Virus record (IMG/VR): IMGVR_UViG_3300049009_000559
Span: 1-38,092 of that record
DNA from: a virus
Lineage: Duplodnaviria; Caudoviricetes
Direction: 5' to 3' (one strand)
Length of the DNA stretch: 38,092 nt
The position numbers and the translations under genes were made by a program. Below, one piece after another: positions 26,604-34,691 of this stretch. Each line of letters begins with the position of its first letter. Within the stretch, counting starts at the first letter, position 1. The notes beneath the pieces are model-generated. The model was not told the origin of the DNA and did not search any database. It saw only the letters and a list, made by a program, of their open reading frames with translations.

Positions 26604-26788
26604 GGGTGTTCCTTTATGTCGATTTCGCTTTCAAGAATCCATAGCGGGTTATGGTGCGACCACAACCGTTCTTCGTGGTTAATCTGAACCATTCTCTTTC
26701 CCTGTCCGACAATAAATCCGGTTGAGAAGGGGCACGGTGTACTGGATTTCCACCGCCACAAGACTTTACGGGGCTTCGTCGCGCTCAT
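26600..26788 (-). CDS. Hypothetical protein
   Basis: 62-aa coupled ORF with RBS. Confidence 0.55.
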   Translation of the reverse strand: MSATKPRKVLWRWKSSTPCPFSTGFIVGQGKRMVQINHEERLWSHHNPLWILESEIDIKEHP

Positions 26789-26791
26789 TCC

Positions 26792-27934
26792 TCACGCCCC
26801 TTTCGTTGTGGGGGCTTCCTGAGGGAGAGGGGCGCGGGGGAGAGGCAATGCCGCGTTCAACTCGTAAAGCCATTTCAGGTCACGGCGCAACAGTTCAACG
26901 AGGTTGGAGTCGCCTTTCCCCTGCTTCTCGAAAATTGATTTGATGTACTCCAAATCTTTGCAGGTGTACTCGAAGTGCTCGAACGCAAATGGGCCGTTTC
27001 GCGTCCCCGCCCCCTCCGTTTCTATGGGATGGGGAGCGGCCCGGAGCCGTTCGACTTCGCAAGCGAGAAAAACAAGTCGGCGTTCATCCTCCGAATAGAT
27101 TTCAGACGGGTCAAGCCCTTTCGTTTTGCGAAGTAGGTTGGCGTACCACAGGGCATCTTTCAGCCCTTCGGAGTCCGGGGCCGGGGGTATGGGATGGGAC
27201 GCGAGGGGCGCACGACCAGACCCAAGACAAAATCCGCATTGGTGTTTGTGCATAGGGCCCCCAACGCTTTTCAAGAGATGGCCACGGCCTCCACAATACC
27301 GACATTCTTCCGGCGACCTTTCAATCGGATTCCGTTCCTGCGCCGCTGGTTCCACGGGGTGCAAGAGATTTCCGGCATCATCCCACGCCCACTCAGGCGG
27401 CTGAAACCACCCGAGGGCGTCATGCGGGTTCGCGGCTCGGCCCAGATCGTCCTTCCAGTACGGGGCGCTTTCCATGCGCGGAGCGAAGTGCCAAAACTCC
27501 GTGTTCCCTGCCTTCATGGCCACGACAACCACCTTATGCTCGGGCGGTGTCAGGTTCATCGGATTCCACGCGGCCCCCGCTCCCGCTCCTGCCGCACCGG
27601 GCGCGACACATTGGGCGCATACGATCTTTGAGGCGTAACCGTGTGGGCACCCCTCGCCCCCCTTCTGATCTTGGGGGACACGGGAGGTCACGATGTCCTC
27701 GGAAAGCGCATATTCTGTAACCCATTCCGGTAGGGGAGGGTTAACAAGTTTCCCGTCACGCCCACGCTCACGGTAGTAGTTGTAGCGCTCGATTACAGGG
27801 CGCTCACCTTTGTCGTGTGCCGTCCCCACCAAGCCGCTCCCGCACACGGTCAAATAGGTGAGGTAGAATCCGTCTTTTTCGTCGGGGATAGGCTCCGAGC
27901 GATCCCGCCACTTGATCGTAGTTTGCAGGCTCAT
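26792..27934 (-). CDS. Mosaic multi-module hypothetical protein with CxxCxGxG Zn motifs
   Basis: 380 aa; CRYCGGRG...CGFCLGSG; CPHG...CAQC; two W-rich DUF551-like segments. Confidence 0.65.
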   Translation of the reverse strand: MSLQTTIKWRDRSEPIPDEKDGFYLTYLTVCGSGLVGTAHDKGERPVIERYNYYRERGRDGKLVNPPLPEWVTEYALSEDIVTSRVPQDQKGGEGCPHGYASKIVCAQCVAPGAAGAGAGAAWNPMNLTPPEHKVVVVAMKAGNTEFWHFAPRMESAPYWKDDLGRAANPHDALGWFQPPEWAWDDAGNLLHPVEPAAQERNPIERSPEECRYCGGRGHLLKSVGGPMHKHQCGFCLGSGRAPLASHPIPPAPDSEGLKDALWYANLLRKTKGLDPSEIYSEDERRLVFLACEVERLRAAPHPIETEGAGTRNGPFAFEHFEYTCKDLEYIKSIFEKQGKGDSNLVELLRRDLKWLYELNAALPLPRAPLPQEAPTTKGA

Positions 27935-27978
27935 GTCTCAAGCCCCCCGCGCTTTACGCGCATTGATGTATGTCCCCA

Positions 27979-28506
27979 TTACATTGCCTCCGCTTGCGCC
28001 TTGAGTTCGTTCGCCTTTTGCAACAGCTCGTTAGCTTTGGCGATCAGTTCCGCTTTCTTCGTGTCGTTCTCACCGATCTTTATTCCGGTAATCTCAAAAA
28101 AGATTTCGGCATCAAAGTTTGGCAAAGCCTTGATCTTGGCAACATCCTCAGCCGTTACCCGCTTCCACAGGTTCGCCCATGCCTCCTTGTACTCGTAAGT
28201 TTTTAAGAAGCCGTCACAGATTTCGGCTTTTGGCCAAACCTTCTTTTCTGCGTCCGTCATTTTGAAGAACGGCACCCATTCGGTGACAGCGAGTTCCCAC
28301 AAGACGGGGGGAATCATCTCTGCAATTTCTTTATGGGTTTTGCCAGAGTCTTTTCCAAATACGCGACAAGTCGGGGTATCTGAATTGAAATAGCCCGAGT
28401 TCCAGTTGCCCGAGTTCTGGTTGCCCGAGTTCTGGTCGCCCGAGTTCCAGTTGCCCGAGTTCCGGTTGCCCGTATTTTCCACTCCGGTATTGTTCTTGTT
28501 TTCCAT
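27979..28506 (-). CDS. NSGN(W/Q/R) pentapeptide-repeat protein
   Basis: NTGNRNSGNWNSGDQNSGNQNSGNWNSGYFNSD; C-terminal LPNFDAEIFFEITGI. Confidence 0.85.
   Translation of the reverse strand: MENKNNTGVENTGNRNSGNWNSGDQNSGNQNSGNWNSGYFNSDTPTCRVFGKDSGKTHKEIAEMIPPVLWELAVTEWVPFFKMTDAEKKVWPKAEICDGFLKTYEYKEAWANLWKRVTAEDVAKIKALPNFDAEIFFEITGIKIGENDTKKAELIAKANELLQKANELKAQAEAM
28393..28472 (+). repeat. 15-bp tandem repeat x5 (coding)
   Basis: gcccgagttc(c/t)(a/g)gt(t/c) units. Confidence 0.9.
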
Positions 28507-28507
28507 T

Positions 28508-28684
28508 CTATCCCCCTTGCGCGTTGCGCGTTAAATGTGTCCCCAAACCCGCTTTTACCGTGTCGCTCCCGCATTCGTACCGCTTCCCGTCAAGACCTTC
28601 GTAGGTGCAGCCAGGTTCAGGAGTAGGTTCGGTTGTGCAGGCGATGAACCCGAAAACGAGTCCCGACAAAATCAGTTGCTTCAT
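28508..28684 (-). CDS. Small lipoprotein
   Basis: MKQLILSGLVFGFIA-C lipobox; ATGA-coupled. Confidence 0.65.
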   Translation of the reverse strand: MKQLILSGLVFGFIACTTEPTPEPGCTYEGLDGKRYECGSDTVKAGLGTHLTRNAQGG

Positions 28685-29052
28685 GCCATTTCCTTTCGTG
28701 TGATTCCGTACTCCAACTGTTTCGTCATTGCCTTTGCTTTCTCGACCATCCGAAGTCCGCTTTGGACGGCCCGTTCGATCTGCTCTCTCTGCGCTCTTTC
28801 CTTGGCCCGTTTTTTGGCCATGTAGTCCTTCATGTACTGGCGGTTTCTTTCGTCCCGCAGTATCCGTTGCGCATCGGTCAGGCGTTTCAAGCCTTTCAAG
28901 GCGTTCGCCCGATATTCGGGGTTTGCCCAACTGGCCTTTTTCGATGCGCTCATGTTCGCCCGGGCTTCCTCGGAGTACAGAACACCCTTCTTCTTCGCCC
29001 CGATCTTCGCCCGAGTTTCCGGGGAGTGGGTGAATCCTGGTCGCCGGCCCAT
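28681..29052 (-). CDS. NUMOD3-motif DNA-binding protein without a recognisable nuclease domain
   Basis: HSPETRAKIG and YSEEARANMS repeats, W.NPEYR. Confidence 0.7.
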   Translation of the reverse strand: MGRRPGFTHSPETRAKIGAKKKGVLYSEEARANMSASKKASWANPEYRANALKGLKRLTDAQRILRDERNRQYMKDYMAKKRAKERAQREQIERAVQSGLRMVEKAKAMTKQLEYGITRKEMA

Positions 29053-29195
29053 CACTTGCCCCCGATCTGTTTGATGGTTTTGGCTGCTTTCTCCCGGTTC
29101 TTCCGGTTGGCATACAGCTCCCGGCGTTTGCGCCGTTCGATCTCGCAGTATTCTTTGAGGCGTTCCCCGTAGGTTTTCATCCACTTGGTGCTCAT
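29052..29195 (-). CDS. Small basic hypothetical protein, 47 aa (MSTKWMKTYGERLKEY...)
   Basis: ATGA start overlap and TGATG stop overlap. Confidence 0.55.
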   Translation of the reverse strand: MSTKWMKTYGERLKEYCEIERRKRRELYANRKNREKAAKTIKQIGGK

Positions 29196-29641
29196 GCGGC
29201 CCTCCAATACCCAGCCGGGTCTTTCATCCACAGGTCAATTTCGGCCTTGGCTTCCTCGAAAGAGCGGCAAACCTTCGTTCCAACCGATCGCTTCCAGTTC
29301 CGTTGGTTCACGTTCACCACGCCCACAGACGTTTTCAGTTCCAGAGGGAGCACAAACCCGTGACGCTCGGGGTCGAAGATCACCAGATCAGGAAATCCGC
29401 GCACCTCGGCGGCAGCGTTTATCAGGGCGTAATTGACCGCAGAACCCTGCGAGAATCCGGCCCGGAGAAGCGCGTCAGGGATATGGAACCACGCAAGGCC
29501 TCTGAGGCGCAAATAGGCCTCCACAGCCGATTGAATCGCGGCCTCGGGTGTCTTGGCACGGGGAGCGGCCTTTTTGCGCTTGGCGGGGGCTTTAATCGCC
29601 AACCCGTCAAACCGATGGGGGATGGGGGATCGGCGCGTCAT
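29192..29641 (-). CDS. VRR-NUC (PD-(D/E)xK) nuclease, likely resolvase
   Basis: PEAAIQ...GFPDL...LELKT...Q..W. Confidence 0.85.
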   Translation of the reverse strand: MTRRSPIPHRFDGLAIKAPAKRKKAAPRAKTPEAAIQSAVEAYLRLRGLAWFHIPDALLRAGFSQGSAVNYALINAAAEVRGFPDLVIFDPERHGFVLPLELKTSVGVVNVNQRNWKRSVGTKVCRSFEEAKAEIDLWMKDPAGYWRAA

Positions 29642-30000
29642 TGATCTTTCTCCCAAACAACCGTGAAACCATTTGGCTTCGGGAGCATCTGGACAAGACG
29701 CATTTTTACCCCATCCTGAGTCTGGTTTGCGTTCAGGTGTTCCTTGATGTGCCACGGGTAAACCGGGCTTTGGTAAACTTCCAGATCGGAAACCGTGAAG
29801 CGAGTCGCCTCCTGAGATTGTTCTTTTTTCTGTGGGTGCAAGTACCCGATAGCGTAAGGCCCGACTTTAAGCGGCTTTTTGAACCCGTTTCGCTCGGAAA
29901 ACAATGCCGGATGAATGCGGCGGTCGGCAACAGAAATCCCATACCCGAAAACGCGAATCCAGAACCCACCCTTGTAGGACTGCCAGTAAATCCGTTTCAT
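29638..30000 (-). CDS. Hypothetical protein
   Basis: ATGA-coupled ORF (MKRIYWQ...). Confidence 0.6.
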   Translation of the reverse strand: MKRIYWQSYKGGFWIRVFGYGISVADRRIHPALFSERNGFKKPLKVGPYAIGYLHPQKKEQSQEATRFTVSDLEVYQSPVYPWHIKEHLNANQTQDGVKMRLVQMLPKPNGFTVVWEKDQ

Positions 30001-30191
30001 TTCGCCTCCACGCATTCCTTCAAAGGGTTCCGCTTCTGGCAGGCGGTCAGGAATTCCAAACGAGCCCTTTCCATGTCGTATTTTGAGACTTCCACCATGC
30101 GGTCAGCATTCACCGAGAAAGGTCGGACGGTCAGGTACGTCACGGTAATGGCGGTCGCGCACAGGGCGAGGATGGCTATCAGGGGCTTCAT
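29997..30191 (-). CDS. Small protein with N-terminal TM/signal peptide
   Basis: MKPLIAILALCATAITV; ATGA-coupled. Confidence 0.6.
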   Translation of the reverse strand: MKPLIAILALCATAITVTYLTVRPFSVNADRMVEVSKYDMERARLEFLTACQKRNPLKECVEAK

Positions 30192-31672
30192 GCGGCCTCC
30201 CCGAAAAGGTTGGGCTGTTCTTCGAATGCCGGACTGGTCCCCAGTTGGGCGCGAATCAAGGCCTCGGCGCAATGGGGAACCACGCTGTTCCCGATCTTGG
30301 CGACCTGGTTTGACTGTGTTCCGGTCAGGATGTATTCGTCCTGAAACCCCTGAGCCCGGGCAAGTTCGCGGGGCTTGAGCATTCTCATGCCGATGTCCAC
30401 GATGACGTAGGTCGCACCCTTGACTTCCACAGTCACCACCGCGACCCGGTCTTTGGTGACGATGGTCGGGATGGGGGAGGTGGCGTTCAAAGGATTCCCG
30501 TTCCCGTAGTATTCCTGCATGAAAGCCGTGACAATCCCGGCGTGAAGGCCCTGCCCGGTGATTGTGTGGGCGGGGTCTTTGAAATCTTGTCCGGTTGAAG
30601 TCCCGTACATTTTCAAGCCATGAGCCACAGTAACCGAATGATGATCTTGGGTCGTGATCGTGCCGGCAGGACTGCGAGCGTCCAGATTGTCGCTTGTGGT
30701 TGTGAAGTGCTTGAGAAGGTGGGCGATTGCCAAAGCCTTTTCACCACGGTGCGCGGCAGTAATAGTCTTGGCAGGTTCGTTGATGTCCTCGTTCCGGCCC
30801 CCATGAGTGAGGTTGACGATCGTTGGAGACACAAGCGCACGGCATCCCCCACGCTCAGTCTTGATCGTTGACATGGGGTTGGTGAACTTTTCAATCGACC
30901 CACCGTGGGACATATTGACCACAAACGGGTTTGGGTCGTTCACCACGTATTTCATTATTCCCCGGGCAATCCGGCGCAAAGTGGCATCGGCCAAAGGCTT
31001 CTTGCGCTCAAAAATGGACGGGCAGGGGATAGACCAGTCAATGCAGGTTGAAACCGCTTGCCACGGATTGGGCAGATCTTTCCCGTGGGTTTTGGCCGGC
31101 CACTTGATCGGCACCCCGTCCCGGTTCATGCAGACGAAAAGACGCTTGCGGGTGGTCGGGGCGCCGTAGTCGGCAGCAATCAAAACCCGCCATTCCACGA
31201 TGTACCCGAGGCGTTCAAAGGAGCGAACCCACCTGCGAAAGTATTCGCCCGACCGGGACTTGATCGGCTTGTTGTCCTTCCCGAGCGGCCCCCAAGTCTG
31301 GAACTCTGGGACGTTCTCGAGGCGGATGAACCTGGGATTAGTGAGCTTGGCCCACTTGACCACGACGTTCGCCAAGGACCGGCGGCGACGGTTTACGGGC
31401 TTCCCGCCCTTTGCGCGGGAGAAGTGGGTGCAATCCGGGGAAGCCCACAGCAGACCCACAGCGGCCCCCTTGGTCACCTTGGATGGGTTCACCGACCAGA
31501 TGCTTTCCCGCAGGTGGTGGGTCTCGGGGTGGTTCGCTTCGTGCATCACGATCGCGTCCTCGTCATGGTTGATCGCAATATCCGGGGAGCGGCCAGTAGC
31601 GCGGCGGATTCCTTCGGAAGCCCCGCCACCACCACAAAACGCATCCACGATCAGTTCGTTCGGAAGAATCAC
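30188..31672 (-). CDS. C5 DNA cytosine methyltransferase
   Basis: Motif I DAFCGGGG, IV SPDC..FS, VI ENV, VIII TTRKR, X IGNSV; GTG start coupled to the upstream stop. Confidence 0.93.
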   Translation of the reverse strand: MILPNELIVDAFCGGGGASEGIRRATGRSPDIAINHDEDAIVMHEANHPETHHLRESIWSVNPSKVTKGAAVGLLWASPDCTHFSRAKGGKPVNRRRRSLANVVVKWAKLTNPRFIRLENVPEFQTWGPLGKDNKPIKSRSGEYFRRWVRSFERLGYIVEWRVLIAADYGAPTTRKRLFVCMNRDGVPIKWPAKTHGKDLPNPWQAVSTCIDWSIPCPSIFERKKPLADATLRRIARGIMKYVVNDPNPFVVNMSHGGSIEKFTNPMSTIKTERGGCRALVSPTIVNLTHGGRNEDINEPAKTITAAHRGEKALAIAHLLKHFTTTSDNLDARSPAGTITTQDHHSVTVAHGLKMYGTSTGQDFKDPAHTITGQGLHAGIVTAFMQEYYGNGNPLNATSPIPTIVTKDRVAVVTVEVKGATYVIVDIGMRMLKPRELARAQGFQDEYILTGTQSNQVAKIGNSVVPHCAEALIRAQLGTSPAFEEQPNLFGEAA

Positions 31673-32142
31673 CCTGCACCCCCCACAGCCTTCTGCATAT
31701 CCCGCCAGAAAGCGCGGTAGTCCTGCCGCTCGGCTTCCTGCTCTTCGGGGCTCAATGATTCCCAGTAATTCGTCCATGCCCGGGCCTCTTCCAAGGCTTC
31801 GGCCCCGGAGAGCTTGGATTGGCCCAGTTCTAGCGTTTTTGACACCGCTCTTTGCTCCCATGCCTTTGCAACCCCTCCTGCAGTCGATTGGAAGCCACCT
31901 GAGGCCTTTATTCCCATGTCGACTGCCGATGGTAAGGCCTCATTCGAAATGCCCGTCCAGAGCCTTAATGCGTCTGCTATGAGGTATCGCATGGTTTCAG
32001 GTTCCGGTGCGGGTTGGTTGGCTGATAGGGCCATTCGTCTGAGCTGCACTTCGACCAGGTTCTTCCTGTGTTCCAAGGAGGCGGTCGAGGTGACGGGCAT
32101 TTTCGTTGATGCCGTCAATTCGTGAGCGGTAAGGCTTTGCAT
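31669..32142 (-). CDS. Replication-associated protein (helicase loader/P-position)
   Basis: 157-aa helical ORF directly downstream of and overlapping the initiator. Confidence 0.45.
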   Translation of the reverse strand: MQSLTAHELTASTKMPVTSTASLEHRKNLVEVQLRRMALSANQPAPEPETMRYLIADALRLWTGISNEALPSAVDMGIKASGGFQSTAGGVAKAWEQRAVSKTLELGQSKLSGAEALEEARAWTNYWESLSPEEQEAERQDYRAFWRDMQKAVGGAG

Positions 32143-32647
32143 TTGTGGTTCCCTTTCCGAAGTTGTTTTTCTCCCAAGTCCGAACAGCGGCCTTCCAGTC
32201 CTTCATGGGGGAGCGGCCAACGACCCACCCCTTTGAGGCGTAGAAGTCGATGAAGGCTTGCGGCTGGACTTGGTTTTTGCGCTCAAGGCAGTATTCCGAG
32301 ACTTGGTCAAGGGTCGGTGCCGCGAAGCGGGGGCGCGAAGTGCCCTTGTTGTTCTTATTGTCTGTCTGTATGTCTGTAGTGTTTGTATGTATGTGGGAGG
32401 AATCCACGGAATCCTTGGATTCCACGGAATCCTTGGAATACGCTTTCTTCCTTTTTGTGTCTCTTTCGCGAAATTCCTCAACTTCGGACAAAAGTTCGTC
32501 CGCGAAAGGGTGCTCCCCACGGAGCCCTTCGGCCAATGCTTCGGCCAGTTGAGTCACCCACAACGCACGACCGTCAAACGGAACTTTGTACACCCGAAGC
32601 AAGAACCTGGCGGTTTCGACCTTCACGAAAGTCACAGGGCGGCGCAT
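31997..32647 (-). CDS. Replication initiator/replisome organizer
   Basis: C-terminal FAAPTLDQV..YC.ER...FIDFY.SKGW.VG..PMKDWKAAVRTWE; internal iterons. Confidence 0.8.
   Translation of the reverse strand: MRRPVTFVKVETARFLLRVYKVPFDGRALWVTQLAEALAEGLRGEHPFADELLSEVEEFRERDTKRKKAYSKDSVESKDSVDSSHIHTNTTDIQTDNKNNKGTSRPRFAAPTLDQVSEYCLERKNQVQPQAFIDFYASKGWVVGRSPMKDWKAAVRTWEKNNFGKGTTNAKPYRSRIDGINENARHLDRLLGTQEEPGRSAAQTNGPISQPTRTGT
32359..32440. other. Putative replication origin (iterons within the initiator gene)
   Basis: 18-bp repeats A(A/T)TCCACGGAATCCTTGG x2 plus a partial copy; adjacent strand-skewed (TGTC/TGTA)n tract. Confidence 0.6.
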
Positions 32648-32820
32648 CAGTTCACCCCCCATGTCTCAACACAGGGTGTCAACAAACCGCCCTCAAAAGT
32701 CGCATTTGTAGTGCTTTTAGTTGCACCTAACGAGCCGGAACGAACCTTAATAGAATTGGGGTAATTCGGTGCAAATACACGACTTGCGGGGCGATTCATG
32801 GAAACCAGTTCGATTGGGGA

Positions 32821-32856
32821 AAAGGGGGTGCGTCGGTTCGAGTCCGATAGTCCGCT
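32821..32856 (+). other. attP core: 3' half of a tRNA gene (Gly-like)
   Basis: T-arm GTCGG-TTCGAGT-CCGAT, then acceptor strand AGTCCGC and discriminator T; no 5' half; ~30 bp upstream of the integrase. Confidence 0.7.
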
Positions 32857-32887
32857 TGTTAATTTAACGAAAACCCAAGAAAAAGCT

Positions 32888-33961
32888 ATGGGTATCAACA
32901 AAAAAAGCGTTGACACCTTGGGGTTCAAGTGGTCGGTCTTTAGTCCGCCACGGGGAACAGCGCAGATCCGTTTCAGGTGGGACGGAACCCAGGTTTCCAT
33001 TTCCACCGGACACAAATCCCCAACCGCTCTTTCCCCAAAGCAGCAGGTCGCCAAGATTCGGGAATGGATGGGGGTGCACCCGATCAGATCACGGGGTGAG
33101 GCTGAGATTTCCGAGGAAATCGAAAGGTTCATCCGGCTGGGGTACGAGGGGCGGAAAAGGCACACCGTCAAAGAGGCGGAAGGCCACTTAGGACGGCTTA
33201 AAGAGGTGTTAGCCGTGACTGAGGTCGCCCAGATCACCAAAAGGCTTTGTGAGGCCCGAAAGGACGATTTAAGAGGCGAGTATTCCCCCAAGACTTGGAA
33301 GAACTTTCTGACCACGGCGAGGAAGTTTTTGCGGTGGGAAATCTCCGAGGGGAATTTGAAGTCTGATCCGTTAGCCAATTTCAGAACCCCCCAAAAAAAG
33401 GAGTTCGGAAGAAGGCTATCGACTTGGGATTTGGAGCGGTACGAGACAGTCCTTAAAATGCTCGACCCTGAATCCCGGGAAATCTTGCAGGTGATTTGGG
33501 AGACGGGGATTGATTCCTCGGACTTTTTCGAGCTGCGGCCAAAAAACATCGTCCAGTCCCGCAGGCCGGACGGGTCGAAGTTCTGGAAGCTGTACAAGGT
33601 CAGGGAAAAGGCCAAATCCTCAGAGGAAGTGATCGACCAACCGCTTTCCACAAGGGCGGCGGAAATCATTCTCCCACGGCTGAAATCCTGGTGGGACTTG
33701 TCGCGGTACGTGAACCACGAATCCTTTACCCCCGGGTTTGCTCGGAAGGTCAAAAGGGCGCAGGAAAAAGCCGGACTCGTCCCTCTGGACGTAAAGTCAA
33801 TCCGGCACACCTTCGCCACCCGCCACGCTGAACGGTACTTGAACGGAGAGGGAGGGCCACCGATGGAGGTGCTACGCCAATGGATGGGACACGCCGCAGG
33901 TAGCCGCACCTTGGAACGGCTGTACGTCCACGCCAAATCCTCGGGCCTGTATATGCCTTGA
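32888..33961 (+). CDS. int: Tyrosine recombinase/integrase
   Basis: SIRHTFAT, LRQWMGH...TLERLYVH, SPKTWKN, DPL; start at 32888 preferred because 32798 spans attP. Confidence 0.88.
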   Translation: MGINKKSVDTLGFKWSVFSPPRGTAQIRFRWDGTQVSISTGHKSPTALSPKQQVAKIREWMGVHPIRSRGEAEISEEIERFIRLGYEGRKRHTVKEAEGHLGRLKEVLAVTEVAQITKRLCEARKDDLRGEYSPKTWKNFLTTARKFLRWEISEGNLKSDPLANFRTPQKKEFGRRLSTWDLERYETVLKMLDPESREILQVIWETGIDSSDFFELRPKNIVQSRRPDGSKFWKLYKVREKAKSSEEVIDQPLSTRAAEIILPRLKSWWDLSRYVNHESFTPGFARKVKRAQEKAGLVPLDVKSIRHTFATRHAERYLNGEGGPPMEVLRQWMGHAAGSRTLERLYVHAKSSGLYMP

Positions 33962-33962
33962 T

Positions 33963-34205
33963 TCATCTTTCCACCAGACGGGGGGAGGAAATGCCGGCCG
34001 CATTGGGACGGGTCACGAAAATGCGCGAATGGTTCCGCGAAAACCGCTTAACGTCGCGGCGGTCGAACATCTTGGACGGCTTTTTTGCCTTCGGGTTGAG
34101 CATCTTTTTGACAAGTTCCACAGAGATTTTCATCAGCGCGGCGTAGTCCTCGGGTGTCATCCAGACCCCGCCCTTTACTTCGGTTTCCTCGGGAGCCTGG
34201 GTCAT
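33963..34205 (-). CDS. Excisionase-like winged-HTH protein
   Basis: WMTPEDYAALMKISVELVKKM; convergent with the integrase. Confidence 0.6.
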   Translation of the reverse strand: MTQAPEETEVKGGVWMTPEDYAALMKISVELVKKMLNPKAKKPSKMFDRRDVKRFSRNHSRIFVTRPNAAGISSPRLVER

Positions 34206-34423
34206 GGGGCGACCCGATGCGATTGAATAAAAGGCAGCAACGCCTCTGCAAGCGCACCGGCTCCGAGGGTGTGACTTCCATCAACCCTGCGGATTTCGGC
34301 GGCCAGAGCGTCAACGGTTAGGTAAACGGTAGGCTTGTGCTGTTCACCGCGATCACAAACCGGGCATTCCCCTGCGTCTTTAATCTCCCCGCATTCATCG
34401 CAGTACATTCCAATGTTGCTCAT
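34202..34423 (-). CDS. Small Zn-finger-like hypothetical protein
   Basis: CDECG...CPVC; coupled ORF with RBS. Confidence 0.65.
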   Translation of the reverse strand: MSNIGMYCDECGEIKDAGECPVCDRGEQHKPTVYLTVDALAAEIRRVDGSHTLGAGALAEALLPFIQSHRVAP

Positions 34424-34444
34424 TTTGCCTTCCTTTCATTCCAA

Positions 34445-34680
34445 ACCGGCCCGACTTCACGGGCAGCAACCGCCTTCGGCTTGTAGCCCGAGGGGTTGGC
34501 GGAGAGATTGGGTTTTGTCGCGCACGACCGAGCCGACCGCAAAGAGCCACCCATGGAAATGGCCGTGCGCGTGTCCTTGCGGACAAGTTGAAGGCGAACC
34601 CCGCCAATTAGGCTGACGAGGTTCACCCGCCCCATCAAGGCTCCGCACCACCGTGTTCCAATGTTATGCGGTGTGGCCAA
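34445..34680 (-). ncRNA. Candidate structured RNA element overlapping ORF 34420..34692
   Basis: At least five stems with G-U pairs favouring the minus strand and a GCAA tetraloop; see findings. Confidence 0.5.
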
Positions 34681-34691
34681 AGAGGGGGTCA

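Noticed and set aside
28393-28472. Tandem repeats as a possible CRISPR array
   Set aside because: 15-bp units with no spacers, in frame within a coding pentapeptide repeat
28681-29052. Homing endonuclease or intron
   Set aside because: NUMOD3 motifs only; no HNH or GIY-YIG motif and no interrupted host gene
32780-32860. Complete tRNA gene
   Set aside because: Only the 3' half is present; no matching 5' acceptor strand or D-arm, so treated as the att core
32647-33966. 439-aa minus-strand ORF antisense to the integrase
   Set aside because: No motifs; mirrors the integrase frame, typical of a shadow ORF. Translation cannot be excluded without data, since it lies on the lytic strand.
34572-34640. 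Hammerhead ribozyme suggested by GTCC-GCAA-GGAC
   Set aside because: The CUGANGA and GAAA core nucleotides are not correctly placed around the stem
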